From Pseudogulbenkiania sp. MAI-1 (GTDB lineage: Bacteria > Pseudomonadota > Gammaproteobacteria > Burkholderiales > Chromobacteriaceae), in assembly GCF_000527175.1 (NCBI RefSeq), contig NZ_AZUR01000001.1, positions 2,408,913-2,432,912 of the forward strand: a stretch of 24,000 nucleotides of DNA, given 5' to 3'. Below are positions 10,732 to 17,423 of the stretch, in pieces (the first letter of the stretch is position 1; each line of letters starts with the position of its first letter). The position numbers and the translations under genes are program-made. The notes below the pieces were generated by a model. The model did not search any database. It saw only the letters and a program-made list of their open reading frames with translations, and had not been told where the DNA came from.

Positions 10732-10900
10732 GATGTCGACGGTTGGCCCACGGGTCCACCGCGCCAGCCAGTGACCGGCCAGGAGCCTCGTCCACAGAAA
10801 CGGTGGATAAGTCTGTGCATAGCCCTCTCCTGTCGGTCCCGCTCGCTGGCCACTCCTTGATCGGGCCATACTGCCCATAAAATAGGCGAAGGGGATAATC

Positions 10901-11770
10901 ATGCATCATGACCTGCTCATCCACTGTCTGGTTAATAACGACCAGGACCGTATCGATAACCTGCTGCAGCGCCATCCTGATGTCGCGCAGGCGCTCGACG
11001 ACGTTCTGACCACCGTCGACCTCAGCCCGGTGACGGCACCGGCGCACTGGCTCACCCCCCTCTACGTCCCGGTGGTGGTGCTGTCGCGCCACAGCCTGTC
11101 GCCCGCCCCCTTGCCGGTCGACGCCTTGACGGAGCACCTGGCAGGGCTGACCGGCAGGGCCAGCATCCTCGTGGCGCCCACACTGCTCACGCTCCCCCGC
11201 CTCATCGATTACAGTCCGTGTGAGCATTACGGGCTGGCCGCCCAGTTCGCCTTCAATCAACTCCTGGGGGAAGATGGACCCTACCCCAATGAACTGCGCC
11301 ACTACGTCGGACACGAAGGGTATCTGCGCCAGGCCGAAGGGTTGCTGCTGGCCGGGGTGATGGGCCCGGACCGGGACACGGCCAGCGTCGTCCTGCACCC
11401 GACCGCCGAGGGCCTGCTGGATCTGGCGCGGCTGCTCAGCTTGCACTTCAGCGAGGAAGGCCAACCCAGCCCGCGGGTCTACGTCGGCATCCCGAGCCTG
11501 TATAGTGACTTCCGCCGCCATGCCCTGAACCTGCAGGCGTACACCTCGATCGAGCAGCTAGTGGCTCACCACCCCGATGAGACGATCGACATCCGGCCAC
11601 TGCCGGGCCCGTCCCAAGCCAACCCGATTACCTGCCAGGTCTCGGTCGGGGGACAGCCCACCACGCGCATTACCGTATTGCGGGAGGGCTGGAGCGATTT
11701 CACCCGCTCGCTCAGTCAGTGCCAGCATCGTTATGAGGAGGCGGATATCCAACTGACCGCACCGGTCTGA
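10901..11770 (+). CDS. Hypothetical protein (289 aa)
   Basis: AAGGGGA SD 5 nt upstream of the ATG. Strong GC3 bias in this frame. The overlapping minus ORF 10688..11521 has the R/G/Q-rich composition of an antisense shadow. I recognise no family. Confidence 0.6.
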   Translation: MHHDLLIHCLVNNDQDRIDNLLQRHPDVAQALDDVLTTVDLSPVTAPAHWLTPLYVPVVVLSRHSLSPAPLPVDALTEHLAGLTGRASILVAPTLLTLPRLIDYSPCEHYGLAAQFAFNQLLGEDGPYPNELRHYVGHEGYLRQAEGLLLAGVMGPDRDTASVVLHPTAEGLLDLARLLSLHFSEEGQPSPRVYVGIPSLYSDFRRHALNLQAYTSIEQLVAHHPDETIDIRPLPGPSQANPITCQVSVGGQPTTRITVLREGWSDFTRSLSQCQHRYEEADIQLTAPV

Positions 11771-11906
11771 GGCGGCAGTGAGCCCGGAGTCATCAGGTGG
11801 GCCGGCCCGGCCGGCCTCCCGATGGCAGAGCCCGCCACCACGGCTTGTTTCCAGGCCTGGCGGGCGGGCGATTACCGTCGGGCGTGTCCACCAGGAGAGT
11901 CGAGTG

Positions 11907-12089
11907 ATGTCCAGAATGACCGCGAAAACCTCGAAAGCCTCGAAAGCCTCGTCACGCGCTCCCACCCGGCGGCGGTTCCTCGGGGAGTTCATCGGTGCCG
12001 TGCGGGAAGGGCCGAGACTTTACTTCGCCCCGCTCATTGGGGCGATCCGGGCCATCCGGCGCGAATGGCTCAACACTGGCCGGGAATAA
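11907..12089 (+). CDS. Small basic hypothetical protein (60 aa)
   Basis: AGGAGA at 11893-11898 precedes GTG 11904 / ATG 11907. Product is MSRMTAKTSKASKASSRAPTRRRFLGEFIGAVREGPRLYFAPLIGAIRAIRREWLNTGRE, a basic N-terminus followed by an amphipathic C-terminus. Contains the 9-bp tandem repeat cctcgaaag x2.5 at 11929-11951. Confidence 0.3.
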   Translation: MSRMTAKTSKASKASSRAPTRRRFLGEFIGAVREGPRLYFAPLIGAIRAIRREWLNTGRE

Positions 12090-12205
12090 GGGCTCCTTCT
12101 CCCCGCCCTGCTCCCGGCGGCCCGACACTGTTGCTGCTCCCGTCATACCCTTCCGCCGGGCGCCGGCCAGAGCTCGCTTTCCCCGCCGCTTGCCCTCTCC
12201 AGCAC

Positions 12206-12233
12206 TTGAAATCGCCGCGTCATCCCGTAGGCT
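12206..12233 (+). promoter_or_regulatory. Promoter-like motif P2: TTGAAA-N16-TAGGCT (twin of P1)
   Basis: TTGAAA at 12206-12211 and TAGGCT at 12228-12233. It carries the same 10-mer CTTGAAATCG (12205-12214) and a C-rich upstream tract, and lies about 30 nt upstream of the ATG at 12265. Confidence 0.35.
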
Positions 12234-12264
12234 TGATTGACCTACTTCACTGGCGAGGTTGCTC

Positions 12265-13026
12265 ATGAACTATCTCCATGTCCACGCGGTACTGCAGGAA
12301 CCGACCCAATGCCGGGTAGGCTATTCCTGTCGTCGGGACGGTTTGAGCGGGGTGATCGAGGTGACCTGGCCGCGCGCGGCGAGTGACGGCACGCTGGTGG
12401 CCGAACTGGTGGCGTTGCGTTACCTGTTGTCGGTCGCCGGCGTGGCGGGCCGTGAGCGCCAGGGCGGGGCCGGGCTGCAGCTGACGGTCAGCCATGGCGC
12501 GATTCGCAAGCTGCAGCGCCAGTCCTCGGCCAAGCAGATGCTGGCGCACTACGCCCAATTCCTGCAGACGCGTTATCGGGATGCCGGGATCGGGGTAGCA
12601 AAGCAGCCCTCCTGGGCCACGGAGATGGCACGACTGGAGCCGTCCCTCATCCTGCCGGCCCAGCCGGTGCTGGAGACGCTGGCAACCCCACTCGGGGCTG
12701 TGGCCCTGACACAGCATGCCCTGGAGCGTTTCATTGAGCGCGGCACTCGCCCCGGCTGCAACGCCAGCCAGGCCTATATCTCGTTGCAGCGGCTGGCGGC
12801 CTCCGCCGAGTGTCGGGAAGTGGTGCCGGTGCCGAGCCAGCAGCGGGCTTGGGAGGCCCGGCATGGCCAGCGCGCCCGCTTCCTGCTGCACGATTCCACC
12901 CGGCTGTGCCTGGTGATCGGTTCCGGCTACCAGCACCAGCCGACGCTGCTGAGTTGTTACCGGCTGGACGAGGGTGACCGACTGGCGCCGGTCAAGGTCT
13001 ACCGTGGCGCCTATGCCCCGATCTGA
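12265..13026 (+). CDS. Hypothetical protein (253 aa), two-region architecture
   Basis: GAGG SD 6 nt before ATG 12265; the track TTG at 12259 is less likely. GC3-rich frame. The C-terminal region has LTQHALERFIER ... TLLSCY, reminiscent of small TxHAxxRxxxR toxin-like domains (DUF4258-like). The assignment is tentative. Confidence 0.6.
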   Translation: MNYLHVHAVLQEPTQCRVGYSCRRDGLSGVIEVTWPRAASDGTLVAELVALRYLLSVAGVAGRERQGGAGLQLTVSHGAIRKLQRQSSAKQMLAHYAQFLQTRYRDAGIGVAKQPSWATEMARLEPSLILPAQPVLETLATPLGAVALTQHALERFIERGTRPGCNASQAYISLQRLAASAECREVVPVPSQQRAWEARHGQRARFLLHDSTRLCLVIGSGYQHQPTLLSCYRLDEGDRLAPVKVYRGAYAPI

Positions 13027-13122
13027 TCGAACGAAACCCGGCCAGCCCCGCCCTGCGTTGGCTTGGGGCGGTGTGCCGGCCGGGCACGGTGATGGGTCAG
13101 GTGGGTCGGCAAGCCGTATGGC

Positions 13123-13353
13123 TCAGTGGGCTTCACCGCTGGCCGCCGGCGCCAGCACCGGTTCGGCGCGGTAAATCACGCCCGGATTCAGCAGGCATTC
13201 GTCTTGCCGCATCACCAGCCAGCCGCAGTCGGGGTAGCCCGGCGCGGTGCGATGATAGTGATAGCGCAGTCCGAATTGATCCTCGATCCAGCCATAAATC
13301 GGACCGTCCTGGAATTGGCCGATCACCGGCCCGAGGTGTTCGATCAGCAGCAT
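13123..13353 (-). CDS. Small hypothetical protein (76 aa)
   Basis: A strong SD (AAGGAG, 7 nt spacer) precedes the ATG at 13353 (MLLIEHLGPVIGQFQDGPIYGWIEDQF...). The 88 extra codons of the track ORF upstream of it (to 13617) look non-coding. Confidence 0.5.
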   Translation of the reverse strand: MLLIEHLGPVIGQFQDGPIYGWIEDQFGLRYHYHRTAPGYPDCGWLVMRQDECLLNPGVIYRAEPVLAPAASGEAH

Positions 13354-13364
13354 GGTCTTGCTCC

Positions 13365-13541
13365 TTATATTAAGGTGTGTGATGGGGCCCATCTCGGGCC
13401 GGTGTTCAGACCTGGAGCGTGGCACGGCCGCGCTCGATGCAAGGAGGCACAAATCTCCTCGCGCGGGTAGTTCAACAGCAACGGCATGACGACCGGGCTG
13501 GCGATAGCCAGCAGGGTGATCAACGCCAACAGCTGGGTCAT
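13365..13541 (-). CDS. Possible small membrane peptide (58 aa) upstream of the 76-aa gene
   Basis: MTQLLALITLLAIASPVVMPLLLNYPREE... has an N-terminal hydrophobic helix. Its stop lies 11 nt before the next ATG with that gene's SD in between, which is an operon-like layout. Its own SD is weak. Confidence 0.25.
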   Translation of the reverse strand: MTQLLALITLLAIASPVVMPLLLNYPREEICASLHRARPCHAPGLNTGPRWAPSHTLI

Positions 13542-13817
13542 ACTGTCCCACTTGTCCCTGGCAGGCTTCCTGTCGATCAACACGAAACCAGCATGTCATA
13601 AAAAAGTCGGGTTTCAAGGGGGGGCGGCAGGGTGACGCCAGGCGTTGATCGCAGGCAGTCCCCGGCCACGGAGAGGTGCCGTGCTCGGTGGTCCCGGGCG
13701 TGTCGGCGGGACGTCTCCTCGAGGCCAGTGTCGTCGCACATGGCCAGCAGGTAAGCAGTCAGCCCTCAAGACGGCAGGGGCACGGGCGCTCAGAAAGGCC
13801 GGTCAGCACTTTGGCCG

Positions 13818-13922
13818 AAGATCGGTACAAACACCGACAGTAAGATCGGCAAAACTATCTGCCCATTCCTAGATAAGCCACTGAGCTGGTTGCCTTATAA
13901 TCGGACGAAAGATCGGCAAAAA
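13818..13922 (+). promoter_or_regulatory. Three direct repeats AAGATCGGyA(c)AAA plus a TATAAT box upstream of fic
   Basis: Repeat copies at 13818-13831, 13842-13854 and 13909-13922. A perfect TATAAT lies at 13896-13901, 33 nt before the fic ATG. This looks like a candidate operator array. Confidence 0.35.
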
Positions 13923-13933
13923 CAGGCACCACA

Positions 13934-15235
13934 ATGGTTGATGTTTACGACGATCCCGTTCAGATGGAGCCGCTCGTCATCGACGACTCCCGCCCCGTCT
14001 TCAAAGACCTGCATGGGCTCGCTCACGAGCTGTCAGAGGTGTCCGCGTGCCTCGACGCGGCGGTCATTCCTTCGACGGCAAAAAGCCTCTCTGAACTCGT
14101 CGAGGGCCTGAACTGCTACTACAGCAACCTCATTGAAGGCCACATAACGCTCCCCATCGACATCGACCAGGCATTGCACGAGGTCACGGAGAAGGCGGAC
14201 AGGAAGAATTTGCAGAGCCTTGCGCTGGCTCACATCGAAGCGGATCGCTGGGGCAAACAGCAGTCTCTCGGCAAAGAAACACTCAAGTCATTTCTACTCA
14301 ACGTCCATCGAACATTTTGCCAGCACCTCCCCGCAGAGCTCTTGCAGCTCGACGACGGCGCCATCATGACGCCTGGCGAGTTCCGCACTTGGGAGGTGCA
14401 GGTGGGACGGCACCTCGCGCCCAAAGCCGAGACCCTTGGAAGCTTCATGGACCGGTATCAACAGGTCTATGGGCAACGACTTGATTGGGCCAAGAAGGGG
14501 GGTCTACCAAAGCTCACCAGCATGGTATCGACGTTCGCCGCACACCACCGGCTAGCCTGGATTCACCCTTTCCTGGATGGGAATGGCCGCGTCGCACGGA
14601 GCACCCTGGACGCGATGCTCCGGGCGTGCGGAGTCAGTGGCGCCAGTTTGTGGTCGATGTCCCGCGGGCTGGCGAAGACCTCGGACCAGTACAAGGCTTA
14701 CCTGGCCGGTGCCGACGAAGCTCGACATGGCGCTCTGGATGGGCGAGGCAATCTGACCGAAAAGGGGCTGGCCGAGTTCTTCCGATACGGCATGCAAACC
14801 GCGATTGACCAGGCGAACTACATGGCGTCGATGTTCTCCCTGGAAAACTTCCAGGCTCGCGCATCGGGATACTTTCGTAAGGTCCGGTACACCGACATGA
14901 AGCCAGAAGCCGCCCACTTGTATCTGCATGCGTTCGTGATGGGCGAGTTTGAGCGTGGTGAAGCCAGCCGGATTACCGGCCTAGCCGAAAGAACAGCACG
15001 ATCCGTACTGAGCGACCTCATCGGCGAGGGTTTCCTGGTGTCTGACTCGCCCAAAGGCAAGGTTCGGGTTGGATTTCCGATCCATGCCCTCGGCTCGCTG
15101 CTCCCGAACCTCTACCCCGCCGGCGATGTCGACATCACACCGGAACAGCTTGCCGAGATTCGTCACCGCAAGAAAATCGCAACGAGCAGACCGGCATCGT
15201 TTCGGCAACACATCGACAACAAGACCGAGTCCTGA
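13934..15235 (+). CDS. Fic family protein (class II, with intramolecular inhibitory helix), C-terminal wHTH-like region
   Basis: Canonical Fic active-site motif HPFLDGNGRVAR (HxFx[D/E]GNGRxxR). The N-terminal inhibitory motif [S/T]xxxE[G/N] is present as SNLIEG in YYSNLIEGHITL. Confidence 0.9.
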   Translation: MVDVYDDPVQMEPLVIDDSRPVFKDLHGLAHELSEVSACLDAAVIPSTAKSLSELVEGLNCYYSNLIEGHITLPIDIDQALHEVTEKADRKNLQSLALAHIEADRWGKQQSLGKETLKSFLLNVHRTFCQHLPAELLQLDDGAIMTPGEFRTWEVQVGRHLAPKAETLGSFMDRYQQVYGQRLDWAKKGGLPKLTSMVSTFAAHHRLAWIHPFLDGNGRVARSTLDAMLRACGVSGASLWSMSRGLAKTSDQYKAYLAGADEARHGALDGRGNLTEKGLAEFFRYGMQTAIDQANYMASMFSLENFQARASGYFRKVRYTDMKPEAAHLYLHAFVMGEFERGEASRITGLAERTARSVLSDLIGEGFLVSDSPKGKVRVGFPIHALGSLLPNLYPAGDVDITPEQLAEIRHRKKIATSRPASFRQHIDNKTES

Positions 15236-16253
15236 TCACCCCGGAAACCTGGTCACTTTTGCACGCTGTTCTACATACCGGGCGTCGGTGCGAACCATAA
15301 TACGCGGTTGTGATGTAAATTCTAGAGTGGCCGAGTTCTTCTGAGACCTTGTATCTAACCCTTTTCTCTAAGTCCGCAGGTATCTCATCTTTGACCCCAC
15401 CCCGCACTGGGGTTTTGTATCCCCCGCTAAGTTCTTCGAACCTGTTATTAGCATATTCATGGCGTAGACCATGAGGAGTTACTCCCAATTCCGCCTTGGT
15501 GACCCCATGCTTTTCCAGAACATGACGGAAGTGACGGAGGTTTTGCTTCAAGGTTTTGTTTCGGATACCGATGTGGTTGTCACCATTCCCAGCCAGTTCC
15601 TTCGCCTTTTTCAAAACCGCACGCTGGCTTTCCGTCTCCACGGGGACAAACCTGATACGACCTCCTTTAGTCCCCCGTTTCAGCATCAAGCTTTTGCCGT
15701 CGATACTGATAGAGTCGTTGGGCTTGAACATGGCAGCCTCTTTAACCCTAAGTCCAAATTCGCGAAGCAATTCGAGTTGAATCGCGACTCGTTTATCCTC
15801 TTTCTCGATTCTCTGCAACAGTTCCTCAGGATCAATACTGCTCGCTGACCAACTTTTGTCTGTTTCAGCCCGATAAACCCGCTTAATCGATTCCGGATTG
15901 CTCACAAGGTCACATAAGGGAGGAATTGTTCCAGGTTTATCGACCCAAACAAGAAACGTACCAAGAACTGAGTGCCGAGTTTGTAGGGTGGATGGACTAA
16001 GACCCTGATTTTCCCAGTGTTTAAAGAGAGCCTCTATGTGCCTTTGTCGTAAATTGCGAACACTTTGTAGCTTGTAGCCAAGTTCTCTCAGCTGACGGAA
16101 CGACTGGAACAGGATATCTGCCCTCTTCTTGATCGTTGCCATACTGACAACCTTATCTTTTCTGGCATGGCCATGGGCATTGGCGTGTATGAGTTGATTC
16201 AACTCCTTCTGCCAATCGCCCGGCCTTATATCATATGTGTGAGTGCTGCTCAT
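15135..16253 (-). CDS. Tyrosine recombinase / integrase with an abnormal ~51-aa C-terminal read-through tail
   Basis: Catalytic set present: R (FGLRVKEA), K (TKGGRIR), HxxR (HGLRHEY), H (LGHSRIY) and Y (TTAYYG). The N-terminal region resembles the phage-integrase N-terminal domain family. ATG 16253 is preferred over TTG 16265. After YYGS (15291-15302) the frame continues through the antisense of the fic 3' end to 15135. Confidence 0.85.
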   Translation of the reverse strand: MSSTHTYDIRPGDWQKELNQLIHANAHGHARKDKVVSMATIKKRADILFQSFRQLRELGYKLQSVRNLRQRHIEALFKHWENQGLSPSTLQTRHSVLGTFLVWVDKPGTIPPLCDLVSNPESIKRVYRAETDKSWSASSIDPEELLQRIEKEDKRVAIQLELLREFGLRVKEAAMFKPNDSISIDGKSLMLKRGTKGGRIRFVPVETESQRAVLKKAKELAGNGDNHIGIRNKTLKQNLRHFRHVLEKHGVTKAELGVTPHGLRHEYANNRFEELSGGYKTPVRGGVKDEIPADLEKRVRYKVSEELGHSRIYITTAYYGSHRRPVCRTACKSDQVSGVIRTRSCCRCVAETMPVCSLRFSCGDESRQAVPV

Positions 16254-16440
16254 TTTGTCACCCAACCCATGTCAGTTAATTTCATATTTTTATTCATCAC
16301 CTGCTGCGGCCAGCAGGGCCCTGCGTCCTTAAAAAAATTCGTCCGGCTTTCCAGGCCCCCTCAATTTGAGGGCCAGCTTGCGCTGGGGCAGATACCCCAT
16401 TTATCGACCGGCATCAAGTCTCGACCTCGCCAATAATGGC
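15291..16440. mobile_element. AT-richer integrase-bearing segment (boundaries approximate)
   Basis: Base composition drops visibly relative to fic on the left and the ABC-3C genes on the right. It carries only the recombinase, and both neighbouring genes show junction damage (read-through tail on the left, truncated ATPase on the right). Confidence 0.35.
16358..16372. repeat. 15-bp palindrome CCCTCAA-T-TTGAGGG upstream of the integrase
   Basis: Perfect 7-bp arms around one central base, about 105 nt upstream of the integrase ATG. A second hairpin CCTGCTG-cggc-CAGCAGG lies at 16300-16317. Either could be a recombinase or regulator binding site. Confidence 0.4.
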
Positions 16441-16539
16441 TGAGGTCACTTCTGTGGTTCACGCACGTTCCACCCTGGGGTGGTTACGGTTTCACTCCTG
16501 TTGACCCTTGTGGGGGACACACACGGCTGACCGCTTAAT

Positions 16540-16555
16540 TCACGCGGTCGTTAAT
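16540..16555. repeat. 16-bp exact direct repeat, copy 1 (TCACGCGGTCGTTAAT)
   Basis: Identical to 16967-16982. Lies about 107 nt beyond the premature stop of the ATPase fragment. Confidence 0.6.
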
Positions 16556-16662
16556 GCCTCGGAGGTGGACATGGTCCATTGCCGGTGCGCTTAGTCGATG
16601 GAGTTCATCGGTAGTTCATGGTGGTTCGTCGAGAGTTTCGACTTGGCAGGCGATTCTTCGTC

Positions 16663-16938
16663 TCACAAAGGAGCACGGCGGCCTGGTACCAGCGTGTTGG
16701 CGACGAACACCTGCTCGTGTGGAAACTGGAACGTGACCCCGAACCAGGATACCTTCTCGCGGATGAAGCCCTCCGCAATTTTGCACTCATCCTCTCCCAT
16801 GCAGTACTCGACGATGTCCGAGAGGGACGACTTACCCGTTGAGGCTAGGCCGGTGATGATGTTCAGCCCATCGGGATTCAGGGTGAGGTCGCGCCTACGG
16901 CCGTCGTGGCTGTAGATATGAATAGAAGCAATCTTCAT
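16663..16938 (-). pseudogene. Truncated N-terminal fragment of a DUF3732-like ABC-3C ABC ATPase
   Basis: MKIASIHIYSHDGRRRDLTLNPDGLNIITGLASTGKSSLSDIVEYCMGE...WFGVTFQF matches the N-terminal strand-Walker A region (GxxxxGKS) of SMC/ABC-type ATPases of the three-component family. The frame ends after 91 codons. No Q-loop, signature or Walker B follows in any frame before the integrase segment. Confidence 0.6.
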
Positions 16939-17423
16939 GGGCGGATGGACAAACTGGTGTAGACCGTCACGCGGTCGTTAATCTGGGCGAAATCGCGGCC
17001 GAGGACGACTGCAGCGGCGCGGCATCTTTCGGCGTCTTCGGTGTTCAGCGGCTGGGGTGACACGCGCCTAGGTATGAGGCTAATGCATCCGCCATCATTC
17101 ACTCTGATACAGCCCTTGCTTGCTAGCAGTGCGAAGGCCTCTGTGGCGTACTGGACAAGCGCCCGAGCCCGTTCAGCGAAGTCGACCAGCAAGTCCGGGC
17201 GCAGTGCGAAGACCCGCAGCACCGACCGCCGCTTGTTCTCCAGAATCTCCTCACGTGAGGCCTGGTGTAGGCACATCGGCAGCACAAGCAGCGTCAAGGA
17301 GTACGGCATTGGCTTCCTGGCAATACGCTCGTACTCACGGATGGCCGCGGCCAAGACCACCGCGCAAAACGCAGGGTTGAAGAGGTTCCGCTCTTCAAAC
17401 GGGCGAGATGACCAGTTCCTCAT
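16935..17423 (-). CDS. ABC-three-component (ABC-3C) system middle component
   Basis: 162 aa. The N-terminus MRNWSSRPFEERNLFNPAFCAVVLAAAI...MPYSLTLLVLPMCLHQASRE follows the W..RP.E..NL.NPAF...(L/V)LP..LH pattern I recall for proteins annotated as three-component ABC system middle component. ATGA overlaps at both ends (17420-17423 and 16935-16938). Confidence 0.65.
   Translation of the reverse strand: MRNWSSRPFEERNLFNPAFCAVVLAAAIREYERIARKPMPYSLTLLVLPMCLHQASREEILENKRRSVLRVFALRPDLLVDFAERARALVQYATEAFALLASKGCIRVNDGGCISLIPRRVSPQPLNTEDAERCRAAAVVLGRDFAQINDRVTVYTSLSIRP
16967..16982. repeat. 16-bp exact direct repeat, copy 2 (TCACGCGGTCGTTAAT)
   Basis: Identical to 16540-16555. Lies inside the 3' end of the middle-component gene (codons INDRVT), 29 nt upstream of the ATPase-fragment ATG. 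Confidence 0.6.

Noticed and set aside
10688-12936. Minus-strand ORFs 10688..11521 (277 aa) and 12247..12936 (229 aa)
   Set aside because: R/G/Q/H-rich shadow-like products without an SD. The plus-strand genes they overlap have SD sequences and a GC3-biased frame.
13645-13872. 75-aa plus-strand ORF upstream of fic
   Set aside because: Its R/G/P-rich product has no SD and overlaps the first of the fic-upstream repeats. It is more likely non-coding leader or spacer DNA.
15298-15312. Possible third, imperfect copy (ACGCGGTTGTGAT) of the 16-bp repeat at the integrase 3' junction, which would have made att-like ends
   Set aside because: Only about 7 contiguous bases (ACGCGGT) are shared. It lies in ordinary integrase coding sequence (ITTAY), so the match is too weak to distinguish from chance.
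16441-16662. Looked for continuation of the ABC ATPase in other frames after its stop (frameshift rather than truncation)
   Set aside because: The in-frame continuation (DEESPAKSKLSTNHHELPMNSID*) and the other two frames show no ATPase-like sequence and quickly hit stops. A simple frameshift therefore cannot restore the gene.
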